A stretch of 64,000 nucleotides of DNA from positions 379,245 through 443,244 of the forward strand of contig CAWEGP010000002.1 in NCBI GenBank assembly GCA_963808755.1. The letters run 5' to 3'. The notes under the pieces were generated by a model. That model saw nothing but the letters and a program-made list of their open reading frames with translations. It was not told the DNA's origin and did no database searches. This document shows, one piece after another, positions 18,453 through 28,833 of the stretch (within the stretch, counting starts at the first letter, position 1; every line of letters begins with the position of its first letter). Position numbers and translations under genes: made by a program. The stretch is from Candidatus Eremiobacteria bacterium. GTDB taxonomy: Bacteria; Vulcanimicrobiota; Vulcanimicrobiia; Vulcanimicrobiales; Vulcanimicrobiaceae.

Positions 18453-19907
18453 ATGGAACGACGGCATGCGCGCGCCGCAACACTTTTGAGCGGGGCGCTT
18501 TTCGTTTTTGTTGTTACGCTTGTGGCTTGCGGAGGTGGAACCAACGGCCCTGGAATGTCGCCAAGCATGCCTGCGCCCAACAACCAAGTACCCGAACTAC
18601 CGAGCAATCAGATTTCCGTCCAACTGGCGCAGAGCGGAATGGTCGCACTGCCGTCCATTTCTGGAATTTCGAGTACGATGGCACTTTCAGCAAACAGCGC
18701 TCCCACGGGCGCGAAGCTTACCGTCGGCGTTTCCGTCGCACCTCCCGCCGCAGCGGCCAGCATCCCCGTATCGAACGCTTCGGCATTCGAGTACTTCACG
18801 CTGACGGCGTCGTCAAACGTAACGTTCAAAGGCTTTCCGGGAATGGCATTACAGCTTCCATCCGTCCCGAAAAACGAAGGCAAGCTCTACGCCTGGATAT
18901 ACGACACTTCCGCAAAGACCTGGACCGATTTGGGGACGGTCAACATTTCGGGGTCTCGCATCTCATTTGGAGGCGGAAGCGCTACCATAACGTTGCGCGC
19001 AAACATCGCGTATGTCGTAGCTTCGTTTACTGCGAGCGTCGGCGCGTCATGCCCGACACCTCCCCCGCCGCCAAACTGTCCGCCCGCGACTCCGGCGCCC
19101 GGACCGACGCCTACCGGCACTCGGCTCTATGTCGCGGTCGTATGCTTCAATCCCAACGCCGAGACGACGATTGAAGCGTTCGATGAAAACGAAAATCAGA
19201 TCGGATTGAGCGGCACCTTTCCGAATGTTAGCGGCGTCACCGGGATGGCATTTGACTCGTTGAATCAGCGCCTCTACGTGGTAAATGGTTCGAACGCAAC
19301 GATAACGGCGTATGACAAGGACGGCCATCAAATCGCGACGCCGGGTAATTTCCCGAACCTCTTTTTCCCGTTCGGCATCGCGTTCGACCCGTCGAATCGC
19401 CATTTGTACGTTACGAACGGAGGCGAGCGACCAATCACGGTCTACGATGAGGATGGAAATCAAATCATGCCTAGCGGAGCATTTTCTGTTCCGGCCAACC
19501 TGGGCATAACGTTCGACACGGCTAATAAAGAGCTCTATGCAATTGGCGGCAGCGTGGCCGTCTATGATGAAAACGGCAATACGGTTTCGACAACTGGGAC
19601 CTTCCCCAACCTCTCGCTACCCGCGGGGATCGCATTTGATTCATCAAATCAACGGCTGTACGTAACCAATGACGGTACAACACATATCCCGAGCGTTACC
19701 GCCTACGACGCGGAAGGCAATCAAGTAAGCGTAACCGGGAACTTTGCGGGGCTCAGCATTCCGGGTAGCATCGCATTCGATCCAACAAGCCATCATATCT
19801 ACGTCGTAAACGCCGGATTCCAAAACCTGAACGTGTACGACGAGGAGGGCAATCTCCTGACAACGATCCAGTTCGGAGAACCAGGCGCCATCGTAGTCGC
19901 GCAGTAG
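18453..19907 (+). CDS. Lipoprotein with YVTN-type beta-propeller repeats
   Basis: Lipobox 'LVACGGG'. At least 6 repeats of 'LYV(T/V)NGxxxxITxYDxxGNQ'. Confidence 0.55.
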   Translation: MERRHARAATLLSGALFVFVVTLVACGGGTNGPGMSPSMPAPNNQVPELPSNQISVQLAQSGMVALPSISGISSTMALSANSAPTGAKLTVGVSVAPPAAAASIPVSNASAFEYFTLTASSNVTFKGFPGMALQLPSVPKNEGKLYAWIYDTSAKTWTDLGTVNISGSRISFGGGSATITLRANIAYVVASFTASVGASCPTPPPPPNCPPATPAPGPTPTGTRLYVAVVCFNPNAETTIEAFDENENQIGLSGTFPNVSGVTGMAFDSLNQRLYVVNGSNATITAYDKDGHQIATPGNFPNLFFPFGIAFDPSNRHLYVTNGGERPITVYDEDGNQIMPSGAFSVPANLGITFDTANKELYAIGGSVAVYDENGNTVSTTGTFPNLSLPAGIAFDSSNQRLYVTNDGTTHIPSVTAYDAEGNQVSVTGNFAGLSIPGSIAFDPTSHHIYVVNAGFQNLNVYDEEGNLLTTIQFGEPGAIVVAQ

Positions 19908-19921
19908 TTGCGACGAACGCC

Positions 19922-22900
19922 CTAAGTGAAGAGTCGCTCGATGTCATCCGAATCTAAGGTCAGCGGCGCGGTCGTCGCTTCTTCGAAGAGCGTTGCCGCT
20001 AGTGCGCCCTTACGCTCTTGCATTTCAATGATGCGCTCTTCTACCGTACCTTCAGCAATGAGCTTGTAGACGAACACGTGCTGCTCTTGACCGATACGAT
20101 GCGCACGATCCGTAGCCTGACGTTCGACCGCCGGATTCCACCACGGATCGTAGTGGATCACCGTGTCGGCGGCCGTAAGATTCAAACCCGTGCCACCCGC
20201 TTTTAGGCTGATCAGAAAGAGAGGAACTTCACCATTTTGAAAGCGCTGCACGGGCGTCTCGCGATCGCGCGTACTTCCTCGCAATTCAACGAACGGAACA
20301 TTGCGGTGGCTCAATTCGGGTTTTATGAGGTCCAGCATCGACGTGAACTGCGAGAACAGAAGAATTCGCCGCCCGTCTTCGATCAAACTCTCCAGCATTT
20401 CAAGCAACGCTTCCAGTTTCTGCGACTCGTGAACCCCTTCGGCAGCGGGAAGTTTTAGCAGACGCGGGTCGCAACATACTTGACGCAACTTCAGCAATGC
20501 GTCGAGTACGACGATGCGGCTGCGAGCGAGTCCGCGGCGTGCTACCTCGTCGCGAACGCGTTTGTGCATAGCGAGACGAATCGTTTCATACAGGTCACGC
20601 TGCGCGCCGCCCAGCGACACCCGTTGCACGATCTCCGTCTTCGGCGGAAGCTCGCTCGCGACGGCATCCTTCGTTCGACGCATCAGGAAGGGACGAAGGC
20701 GCGCCGCAAGGGCACTGCGGCGCAGTGTATCGTTGCGTTTTTCAATCGGCGTGCGAAACAGGTGCGAAAACCGCCGGCGTTCGCCGAGCAGCCCAGGGAC
20801 TGCAAACGCATAGATGGACCACAACTCCTCCAGGTGGTTTTCGATCGGCGTACCGGTAAGGGCGAGATGTTGATCGGCACGAATTTGCGTTGCGACCAAG
20901 GCCGCTTTGGCGCGCGGATTCTTGACGGCCTGCGCCTCATCGAGCACGGCGATCGACCAATGGTGCTCCACTAAGAAAGGCGCATCACGTCGCAACAGTG
21001 CGTACGTTGTGAGGACAATATCGGCATCTGCCACTTCATGCAAGTGCTCGGCCCGGTCGGCCCCTGTAAGCGCCACGACCGTTAATCGCGGCGTAAACCG
21101 CGCGATTTCTGCTCGCCAATTTGGTGCAACGCTCGTCGGGGCGACGATCAACACAGGATGCTGCAAGCGGCCCGCCGTCTTTTCGATGGAGAGGTGCGCA
21201 AGAAGCTGCACCGTTTTTCCGAGGCCCATGTCATCAGCAAGAACCCCTCCAAAACCGTGAACGCGCAATGCCTGAAGCCACGCGACGCCGTCACGTTGAT
21301 AGGGTCGTAATTCTGTTGCAAACCACTCCGGCAATTCAACGGGATGATTCCGCGTTTCCGTCAGTTCCGTAACGAGACGCCGCAGCGACGGACGAGTACG
21401 CTCGTCGATTGCAATGGCGCCATCGAGGTTCTCCATTGTCGCGAGTTGCAAGGGCGCAATACGCAAGCGTCCGGTATCGGTGAGTACCTGTTCGCCGTCG
21501 AATAACGCATCGAGAGTTGCAAGAACACGGGCGACACGTGACGGCGGCAACGCAACGAATGCGCCGTTCGGCAGACGGCCATAGATCGGTTCGGTCCGCC
21601 GAGACAGGTCCGCCAGGTTTTCACCTGCCGAAATGCCGTTGCGTGCTAGAGCCTCGATGATGATCGGAAGCAACGGGACGCGTTCGCCATCGATATCGAT
21701 ACCGAGGTCGAGCTCGAACCAGTGCCGGTCCGTTTCCTCAAAATCCCCATACCACTCGCCGCTCGCATCGAGCATTGTATAGGGAAATTCTTCGGTGATT
21801 TCGATGCGCCAGTCTTGACCGCGCAAACGCGGCACGGTTTCGCCGAGGAAACGCATCCACGCCGATTCGTCGCCTTCAGCAAAGCGCAGAAACACGCCAT
21901 AGTTCGAGAAGCCCGCGTCATGTAGTTGTGCGAGTGCGTGGCGCTCAAAGGCAATCCTGCGCGGCCACGTGGCTGCGGTACCGGCGCTCGTCGTGAGGAT
22001 TTCACGTGACGACGTGGACGCCGTTATCATCTCGTCGCCATAGGCGAATTGCAGTTCCGCGATCGGTTCATCTTCGTTCGCATTCAGCCGCAAGACGGGA
22101 ATCGGATCGCGATCGATCACATCCGTGCCGATCGCGGCTTTTGGACCGCCGATGTGTGCGCCGGAAAAAACCCTTCGCAATGCGATCTGGGCTCTGCGCG
22201 CTTGCTCCTGCGTAAGCGCTGGAGATTTTGCAAACTGCGTGGCGACGTTCGCGGGTATCCTTGTTAATGCTGGACCGGCACGGCACCACTGCGGATCGAC
22301 GTACCACAGCGGCGTTGAGGGAATGAGGATGCTCGCGGGCTTACCTTCAATATGCGGACGCTGCCGGCCGTCCGCGTCGACGCGCCATTCGATGTGAGCG
22401 TCTTCAGCTATCTCGCGATGGAGGGTCTCATTGCGCAATGATTTCCAGTGCAGGCGTCCCGTTTCAATCATGACCTCAAGGAGCGTCGCAAGCACAACGG
22501 GAGAAACATTGATGAGTCCGCCGAGCAAGCCGCTCGCTGTCAGCAATCTGCCGATCGTGCGATCGACCGGCAATGCTTGTTTAGCGCTGCTGGTGGCGAG
22601 GCTCCGCAAATCGTAAGAAACGCTCGTTCCGAATTCACCGTTCTTTAGCAACGACACGAGGTGCGCCTCGACGTGAACGTGCGGCACATAGAAACGCTCG
22701 CGAATCTCCAATACGTATCGCAATTGCTGACGCGGTTGCGAAACGTGAGATATCGTCTCGTATTCCATCAATGACTCGATCCAGCTATCTACTGCACCGT
22801 CGGCAGCATCGCGCAGACGCCCGGTCGGCGCACTCGGAACATTCGGGATTGCAGCAAGGGCCGCAGCGGCAGCATGCTTGCACTGCGCACGAACGGGGCA

Positions 22901-23113
22901 GGTGCACAACCCATGCAATGAGCGTCGTCCGCCGAATTCGCGAAGCTGCACCTTCACGTCATAGGGTTCCCTTCCCGAGCCTGCGACCTTAGCGGCAATC
23001 GTCCGGTCTTCCAGTTGCAGTTCGAGCACTAACGCACGTTCAACATAAACGCGGCCCCGCTCCAGCGTGGCCGCATCGAATGATCGCCGAATATCCTCCA
23101 GATCGAAAAACAT
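19922..23113 (-). CDS. SNF2-family helicase with N-terminal SWIM zinc finger (1063 aa)
   Basis: SWIM 'CTCPVRAQCKHAAA'. Motif I 'LADDMGLGKTVQ'. Motif II 'DEAQAVKN'. 'LTGTPIENHL'. Motif VI 'QATDRAHRIGQEQHVFVYKL'. Confidence 0.8.
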   Translation of the reverse strand: MFFDLEDIRRSFDAATLERGRVYVERALVLELQLEDRTIAAKVAGSGREPYDVKVQLREFGGRRSLHGLCTCPVRAQCKHAAAAALAAIPNVPSAPTGRLRDAADGAVDSWIESLMEYETISHVSQPRQQLRYVLEIRERFYVPHVHVEAHLVSLLKNGEFGTSVSYDLRSLATSSAKQALPVDRTIGRLLTASGLLGGLINVSPVVLATLLEVMIETGRLHWKSLRNETLHREIAEDAHIEWRVDADGRQRPHIEGKPASILIPSTPLWYVDPQWCRAGPALTRIPANVATQFAKSPALTQEQARRAQIALRRVFSGAHIGGPKAAIGTDVIDRDPIPVLRLNANEDEPIAELQFAYGDEMITASTSSREILTTSAGTAATWPRRIAFERHALAQLHDAGFSNYGVFLRFAEGDESAWMRFLGETVPRLRGQDWRIEITEEFPYTMLDASGEWYGDFEETDRHWFELDLGIDIDGERVPLLPIIIEALARNGISAGENLADLSRRTEPIYGRLPNGAFVALPPSRVARVLATLDALFDGEQVLTDTGRLRIAPLQLATMENLDGAIAIDERTRPSLRRLVTELTETRNHPVELPEWFATELRPYQRDGVAWLQALRVHGFGGVLADDMGLGKTVQLLAHLSIEKTAGRLQHPVLIVAPTSVAPNWRAEIARFTPRLTVVALTGADRAEHLHEVADADIVLTTYALLRRDAPFLVEHHWSIAVLDEAQAVKNPRAKAALVATQIRADQHLALTGTPIENHLEELWSIYAFAVPGLLGERRRFSHLFRTPIEKRNDTLRRSALAARLRPFLMRRTKDAVASELPPKTEIVQRVSLGGAQRDLYETIRLAMHKRVRDEVARRGLARSRIVVLDALLKLRQVCCDPRLLKLPAAEGVHESQKLEALLEMLESLIEDGRRILLFSQFTSMLDLIKPELSHRNVPFVELRGSTRDRETPVQRFQNGEVPLFLISLKAGGTGLNLTAADTVIHYDPWWNPAVERQATDRAHRIGQEQHVFVYKLIAEGTVEERIIEMQERKGALAATLFEEATTAPLTLDSDDIERLFT

Positions 23114-23233
23114 CGACCTTCGGTCTACGCTACCAAGACTCTCAGAGCCTTTTTGCGCACCATAGCCTCACGCACGTATCTTCGCATGCGAGCGGTGCAT
23201 CTCTCGGCATCGCGCAGAGGTTACGGAGAATCC

Positions 23234-23578
23234 ATGCAGTTAAAACGATTCGAGGAACCCGATCGCGCAGAGGCTTTTGAAAAGGGCCACTTCGCTGCCG
23301 TCAATGTTGGTCCGATGACCATTGGGCGAGCGGAATACCAACCCGGCTGGCGTTGGTCGACACACGTCGGCGAACGCAAGGGACAACAATGGTGCGCAAC
23401 TGAGCATGTCGGTCTCGTGATCTCCGGTAAGGCTGCGGTATCGTTTCCGGACGGACGAGTGGAGGAGATGACGGCCGGTGACGCTTTCTACATTACCGGC
23501 GAACATGATAGTTGGGTGATCGGCGACGAGCCGTACGTTTCTATTCATCTCGCCGGAGCCGACGAATACGCAACCTAG
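23234..23578 (+). CDS. Cupin-domain protein (start at internal ATG 23234)
   Basis: 'HVGLVISGKAAVSFPDGRVEEMTAGDAFYITGEHDSWVIGDEP' is a cupin-2 barrel. GGAG SD. Confidence 0.5.
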   Translation: MQLKRFEEPDRAEAFEKGHFAAVNVGPMTIGRAEYQPGWRWSTHVGERKGQQWCATEHVGLVISGKAAVSFPDGRVEEMTAGDAFYITGEHDSWVIGDEPYVSIHLAGADEYAT

Positions 23579-23590
23579 CCCACGAGAAAA

Positions 23591-25762
23591 TTACGTACGG
23601 ATATCGCCGCGAATCACGGTGATCGATCGGGGCGCTATTGCGTACGATGCTGCCGCCGATGCGTTGAATTCTTTGATCCCGAGATCTGGTTTCGGAACGT
23701 CGGTCGGCTTGCCATCCCAAGCGTACTGATCGCTTCCGAACGTCGCAACGTGCACGGTTCCGGAGAAATGCGTTGCGCCTCCGCGATCGCGGAAGGCAAT
23801 AGTGACATGTCGCGTGACGTGATCTTTGTTGACGAGGAGCACGGACCATTGGCCGTCGGGTCGCCGTAGCGCATAGGCGGTCACCAGCGCGTTGTGATCC
23901 CCGAGATTGCTGGCTACGGCGTAAACGCCGTGTGGCCGGTCTCCGGGAAGCGACCACTGCGTCGTCAACAGGCGTACCGCGTAATAGCCGGCGCCTTTTG
24001 CGAGTATTGTGTAATGCTTGTCAGTGATGTATGGCCCGTATTCGCCCCAATCGTTGCACTGTTTGCGAAAACCGAGTGGATACGCTTCTGCCTTATAATA
24101 CGTCATGTACGAAATGTTCGAAGCCAATGACGATCCGATAAAGTCCGCGGTCCACAGTGCGCCGTATGCGTGTTGCGGAGCGCTTGTTCCGTCAGGAGAA
24201 AAATTGTTTTCTGTTTCCAACAGCGGTACGTTTGCCGGGACACCGTCTGCGCGCCACTGTCTTGCCATTCTCCGGACGAACGACGGCTCATCGAGCAAAT
24301 CCGCTTGCAGTTGTGCCCCACTATCGCAGTGATGATACGGATAGTGTTCGTACGACATAAATGCGAGATCGCGCAGATGACCGCGAGCCGAAAGATATTT
24401 CACGAACCGGCGGAGCCACGACGTATCACCGGAAGCATCTTTCCAAGCTGCTACATCTTGATTGACCCCTTGGAATACAGGACCGCCAAGCTTGACGTTT
24501 CGGTCGACGTTGTGGATAGCGTCCGCAAACTGAATGTACAGAGCGGCGTAGTCTTCCGGTAGGGCGTACTGCCCATCGACTTCCTCGCCCATTTCAATGT
24601 AGTCGATCGGGTAGTGGCGCGCTTCGAGATAGCGCACTTCGTTCGCTGCATTCTGCGGCGTGCTATAGAACACCGGAACGGGATAGATCGTCGGCAATCC
24701 ACGCGTGAGCGCGCTGCGCGCGATCAAATCGAGGCCGGGCTGCGCTCCGTTGCGGTCAGGCGCGTTGCGTTCCGAATGCCACGGGTCGTCCGAGGACGTC
24801 CATATGAGCGTCTGACGTTTCGGATTGCGCGAGCAAACAAGTTCGCCGCCGCACGAGCCCGATGTAGAGCGCACGATATCGTCGTGAAACCCACTGCGTT
24901 CGAGGCGCCCAAGGCCGATATCTTGGATCGCATAGCCCACGCAGTTTCGACGATCGGCGGCGCCATGTGTATCACACGTATCCGAGGACTGCGTCATCAA
25001 TATCCGCACCGCGTACGTCGTTACCGGTCTCGCCGTAAGCCGTATCGTCGGTGCGCCGCCCTTTGCATCGGTCACCGTCCCACGCGCGAAGGTTCTCCAA
25101 TCGCCGGCGTCTTCGTGCAGCACCGGATCGGCGTTCGACGTCCAGTACTGCACGAGATAGTGCGTCGCATAGGGATTGGCCCAAGCGACACGGATCGCAT
25201 CGATCGCGTGCGGCTCGAGAAATTGCACGATCGCCCACTGCGGATTCGCCGCCTCCGGCTCGCCCGTGTAGAGATGCGTCAGGTACGGATCGCTCTTCCA
25301 GTAGGTGGACGAATCACCGTCGTCGATGCGAGAGTAATTGTCGTCATCGCCTTGATCGCGCGACGATCCGCGGTGCGGAAGCAAGTACCCATATGAATAC
25401 GTGATGGGCGCGGTGCCGATTGCCGCACTGCTGGTCCAGTAACCCTGCTGACGGGCCGCGTCACTATAACGCCCGTTTGGATTCCAGTGCCAGTCCTGAA
25501 TCGATAGCTCGGTATAGAGCCGGTACGTCAGGGTACCGAGGCCCGTGCCAAGCATGAGGCGCGTTCGCGACGGCGAGTAGAGGAGCGGAATCTTGGCTTT
25601 CGGGTCGGCGTCGACCGACGTCCCGATTGTGCGTAGGGGCCGGAACGTCTGGATGCGATGTGTCGTATCGACCGTAACAAGAACGGTCGTCGGTGCAGCC
25701 GGTGTCGGCGCGACTGTTGCGAGCAATACGGCGATCGAGGCAACTACGAACAGTCGATGCAT
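23591..25762 (-). CDS. Secreted discoidin (F5/8 type C) domain protein with glycoside-hydrolase-like TIM-barrel C-terminal region
   Basis: Signal peptide. 'DDGDSSTYWKSDPY...QWAIVQFLEPHAIDAIRVAW' is a discoidin fold. The C-terminal half is rich in acidic/aromatic GH-like motifs. GH family is unknown. Confidence 0.45.
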   Translation of the reverse strand: MHRLFVVASIAVLLATVAPTPAAPTTVLVTVDTTHRIQTFRPLRTIGTSVDADPKAKIPLLYSPSRTRLMLGTGLGTLTYRLYTELSIQDWHWNPNGRYSDAARQQGYWTSSAAIGTAPITYSYGYLLPHRGSSRDQGDDDNYSRIDDGDSSTYWKSDPYLTHLYTGEPEAANPQWAIVQFLEPHAIDAIRVAWANPYATHYLVQYWTSNADPVLHEDAGDWRTFARGTVTDAKGGAPTIRLTARPVTTYAVRILMTQSSDTCDTHGAADRRNCVGYAIQDIGLGRLERSGFHDDIVRSTSGSCGGELVCSRNPKRQTLIWTSSDDPWHSERNAPDRNGAQPGLDLIARSALTRGLPTIYPVPVFYSTPQNAANEVRYLEARHYPIDYIEMGEEVDGQYALPEDYAALYIQFADAIHNVDRNVKLGGPVFQGVNQDVAAWKDASGDTSWLRRFVKYLSARGHLRDLAFMSYEHYPYHHCDSGAQLQADLLDEPSFVRRMARQWRADGVPANVPLLETENNFSPDGTSAPQHAYGALWTADFIGSSLASNISYMTYYKAEAYPLGFRKQCNDWGEYGPYITDKHYTILAKGAGYYAVRLLTTQWSLPGDRPHGVYAVASNLGDHNALVTAYALRRPDGQWSVLLVNKDHVTRHVTIAFRDRGGATHFSGTVHVATFGSDQYAWDGKPTDVPKPDLGIKEFNASAAASYAIAPRSITVIRGDIRT

Positions 25763-25852
25763 CGAAATCTCCCGTGCGAGAACGTGCGGCTACGGGCCCT
25801 TCGTTCGCGGGAGAGACTTGTCTTTTCGGGAGTTAAAACGAATGCGTTCGAT

Positions 25853-26176
25853 CTAGTGGTCGTGAACGAGGGCGTCGGCGCCGCGCCACGCGGCAACGGC
25901 TTCGGCCGCCCGGCGGCCGTTGCGGCGCCGATAGCGTTCGATCCATGCGCCGAGGAGCAGCGCGAAGACACCGCCTGGCACCAGCAGTGAAAGGAGAAAC
26001 GCGAAGGACTGTATCGCGTATGGATGGAGAGGATGGGATCCGAGGCCGCCCATGATCCGGGTAGTGTACCATGCTTGGCAAGCCTTGCACACCGGTGTTT
26101 GGTAATCTTGATCGGGACTCGATAGGGATTGGGGCTGCCTGCCGCCGCCCATCAAGCCAAGCCCTAGGTAGAGCAC
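25853..26176 (-). CDS. Possible DUF2752-like small membrane protein
   Basis: 'PVCKACQAWYTTR...HPLHPYAIQSFAFLLSLLVPGGVFALLLGAW' gives a CxxC...TR motif plus TM helices. Weak call. Confidence 0.3.
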   Translation of the reverse strand: MLYLGLGLMGGGRQPQSLSSPDQDYQTPVCKACQAWYTTRIMGGLGSHPLHPYAIQSFAFLLSLLVPGGVFALLLGAWIERYRRRNGRRAAEAVAAWRGADALVHDH

Positions 26177-26209
26177 ATCGGAGTTCGTACACCGACGGCT
26201 AGCAGTCTC

Positions 26210-26237
26210 TTGACAAGAGTGCCAACGTGTTTATAAT
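26210..26237 (+). promoter_or_regulatory. Near-consensus sigma70 promoter upstream of hsp20 (TTGACA, 16 nt spacer, TATAAT)
   Basis: Read directly: TTGACAagagtgccaacgtgttTATAAT. Confidence 0.55.
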
Positions 26238-26293
26238 TCCTGATTGCAAGAGTTCATTCGATTTCCAAAAGGCCTTGAAAGGGGGATTGCACT

Positions 26294-26689
26294 TTGTCGA
26301 ATTCGCTTGCACGAATCAATGGTTCCGGCAGCACCGCTACGCAAGATCGGGCACTTCCATGGACGCCGCTGCAGGAGATGTTGGGATTCGATCCATTCCA
26401 GAACATTCGCTCGTCGTACGGGTTTGACTACGACGTTAGCCGGACCGAACACGGCTACGAAGTCGAAGTCCCGGTACCGGGATACAGCGCGTCACAAATC
26501 GACGTTCAATTCAAAGACAGCATCTTGAGCGTTTCCGGCAAGACGGATCGCCGCTCGTTCTCTCGTTCATTCACGATTCCGGAGGATGTCGATGCAGACG
26601 CAATTGAAGCAAAAGTTCAAGACGGAATGCTCGTGCTCAACCTCCGGCGCCGTCCTGAGGCACAGCCGAAGAAAATTCGCGTTCAATAA
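26294..26689 (+). CDS. Hsp20/alpha-crystallin small heat-shock protein (TTG start, AAAGGGGGA SD)
   Basis: 'YEVEVPVPGYSASQIDVQFKDSILSVSGK...FTIPEDVDADAIEAKVQDGMLVLNL' is an alpha-crystallin domain with the IxI-like tail. Confidence 0.8.
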   Translation: MSNSLARINGSGSTATQDRALPWTPLQEMLGFDPFQNIRSSYGFDYDVSRTEHGYEVEVPVPGYSASQIDVQFKDSILSVSGKTDRRSFSRSFTIPEDVDADAIEAKVQDGMLVLNLRRRPEAQPKKIRVQ

Positions 26690-26769
26690 CGCGCGAGACG
26701 TCATCGCGCAATGGGATAAGTTGTATCGCTACAAGAGGTCGGGTTTGAATTAGCCCAGCGTATACGAAA

Positions 26770-26800
26770 GGGGCCGCGTCAAGGGATGCGGCCCCGGCCA
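26770..26800. terminator. Bidirectional intrinsic terminator between hsp20 (+) and the convergent secreted-protein gene (-)
   Basis: GGGGCCGC gtcaagggat GCGGCCCC stem-loop followed by T-rich ttcttttaa. Confidence 0.55.
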
Positions 26801-26803
26801 GCG

Positions 26804-27613
26804 CTATTCTTTTAAGTTCAGATCCGTCGTTGTTGTCGAAGTCATTCCCGACACTTGAATGTTGTTGACGGCAACGGTATGCACGCCCACTACGACTTCG
26901 GCTTTTGGATCGTAGTAGACGGTTGAATCACTCGTGAATGTGCCGTTTTGGTTATCGGTCTTCGTCTTTGCGTCGACCGCCAGCACGTCGTGACCCTGGT
27001 ACGACTGACGTCCTGAGACGGCGAGATTGTAGACGGCGCCGTCAGCGTTTGTAAAATGCCATGTATCGCCCGGTGCAAATGACTTCCGCTTGGCGTAGCC
27101 GATTGCAACGGCATTGGCCACCGCGAACATGCCCTTGATGTTGTTTGCAGCGATATTTCCCTGATACACCGGATCGTGTACGTCGGCTACTGCTTTCGCT
27201 TGGACTTGCTGAGGCGTCATTCCCGCGAGGCTCGACGGCTGCGGATTGTTGTTGACGACCACGAGGATGGCGCCGGTAGCCGACATCTTTGCGTCGCATT
27301 CTTTTCCGTTCTGACCATCCTCGAGAGCCGCGCGCTGCGCTGGTGTAAAGCTCGCTAGGGGCTCGACATGCTCCTTGACGTGCACGACCGCCGTGCCGGC
27401 TGCGTCGATGCTTTTTATCGATACCGTAATCGTCGTCGTCGAAGCCGGGATTGGCTTGTATCCAGGCGGCAACATCCCGCCGGCGAGCTTGGAATCGGTG
27501 ATTAGCGAATATGTAAGCGTATCGCCGGGCGCACGCGCCGAGGCGTTTGCGACTGCGATAACGGACCCTGCCAGAGCGCATGTTGTGAGCGCGGCAACAA
27601 TCTTATACCTCAT
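26804..27613 (-). CDS. Secreted hypothetical protein
   Basis: Signal peptide 'MRYKIVAALTTCALAGSVIAVANASA'. No recognisable domain. Confidence 0.5.
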   Translation of the reverse strand: MRYKIVAALTTCALAGSVIAVANASARAPGDTLTYSLITDSKLAGGMLPPGYKPIPASTTTITVSIKSIDAAGTAVVHVKEHVEPLASFTPAQRAALEDGQNGKECDAKMSATGAILVVVNNNPQPSSLAGMTPQQVQAKAVADVHDPVYQGNIAANNIKGMFAVANAVAIGYAKRKSFAPGDTWHFTNADGAVYNLAVSGRQSYQGHDVLAVDAKTKTDNQNGTFTSDSTVYYDPKAEVVVGVHTVAVNNIQVSGMTSTTTTDLNLKE

Positions 27614-27615
27614 AC

Positions 27616-28629
27616 CTATTGCTCCTGAGTAAAGTCGGCGGGCGTAGAAAAAAGTGATGCGTTTGCCGCGGTGAGCGTTCGGATATTCCCGCGCTCGAAC
27701 ATCAGCGTGGTGCCGTTCGGTGAGTCACCGTCGATCGTCGTTGCCCGGTAGAGAACGAGCTTGCCGGGCTCGCGATACGATGCGGTACTTGCCGGGTTGC
27801 AGCCGTCGGCCAAGTTGCGCGCTGCATCCGCGGTATACGGAGGCTGTGGGTCGGCGACATCGACGACATATTCAATCTGGGTAACCTTGTGCGCACCGAC
27901 GCTGCACCAGCCCAGAGACTGCTGCAAATCGATTGCACCAGTCGTCCGGTAACCTCGCGCATGTGCACCCGCAATTATCGCCGGCGGTAGCGGCACGGTC
28001 TGTGCGTCGCCGTGCAAGACCGGAGGAACCGCTTCATTGTCTTCAACAACATCGTTTTCCGCGCTCTCCTTCATGTTGACCGTATACGCGGTCTTCCGTG
28101 CGAGATCCAGGGTCGTCGTAAAGCCCTCCGCGGGCTTTACGATCGTCACATCTTTCCCGGGATGTTCAACGCGCATCCAGCCGTTGTAAAACGCGAATTG
28201 CGACAACCTGCCTGCGCTGATGAAACGCTGCACTGCAGCGTGATCCTCGGCGACCTCGCGGTCGCGCTGCGCCTGTTGCGCCGCATTTGCCGCATGCGCC
28301 GCAGCCGCGCCAAGAAATCCCCCGACGAATGGGATGAATCCGAGCACGCTCGACACGAGCATTGTGGACGCCGTTTGACCCACCGGCGAACTCAGCGGTT
28401 TTGCGGAAAGCGGCGGAAGGGAGGCGATTGCCGCAGCATCGTTCGCAAATGTATCGATCGGCGGAGGCGTTTCGCCATTCAATAGCACGCGGTCGATTTG
28501 ATCAAACGCAATTGATGGTCGCGGCGCCGCTGCGCAAGTGCGGCTCTCGACGGCCACACTGTAACTCGCCAATAGCAGCACACACGAAACAATACACCGC
28601 AAAGCGTGAGGTCTCACCGCACCGAGCAT
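27616..28629 (-). CDS. Hypothetical exported/membrane protein (start at internal ATG 28629; ORF extends to 28794)
   Basis: N-terminal hydrophobic leader 'MLGAVRPHALRCIVSCVLLLASYSVAVES'. Internal TM-like 'LVSSVLGFIPFVGGFLGAAAA'. 2-nt gap to the downstream gene. Confidence 0.4.
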   Translation of the reverse strand: MLGAVRPHALRCIVSCVLLLASYSVAVESRTCAAAPRPSIAFDQIDRVLLNGETPPPIDTFANDAAAIASLPPLSAKPLSSPVGQTASTMLVSSVLGFIPFVGGFLGAAAAHAANAAQQAQRDREVAEDHAAVQRFISAGRLSQFAFYNGWMRVEHPGKDVTIVKPAEGFTTTLDLARKTAYTVNMKESAENDVVEDNEAVPPVLHGDAQTVPLPPAIIAGAHARGYRTTGAIDLQQSLGWCSVGAHKVTQIEYVVDVADPQPPYTADAARNLADGCNPASTASYREPGKLVLYRATTIDGDSPNGTTLMFERGNIRTLTAANASLFSTPADFTQEQ

Positions 28630-28833
28630 AGCACCGTGGACGGCTGCGCTGCACCAAGCATGCAGTGGTGCATATGGCCTATTAAGCCTGCACCGAATCC
28701 TGTCGGCGCTCTTTCGAATTCGACCCGATACGCGTGGACGTGCTTCTTCATTCCCGTTTTTGCACTGACGGTTCGCCAGCTCGTATTCGGGCACGCAATT
28801 CCGCTCCGATGGAGTAGTAGTCGCCTGCCGGTT

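Noticed and set aside
19922-23113. SNF2 helicase as part of a DISARM/BREX-like defence island
   Set aside because: No adjacent methyltransferase, PLD, DUF1998 or other defence partners. Neighbours are a lipoprotein and a cupin.
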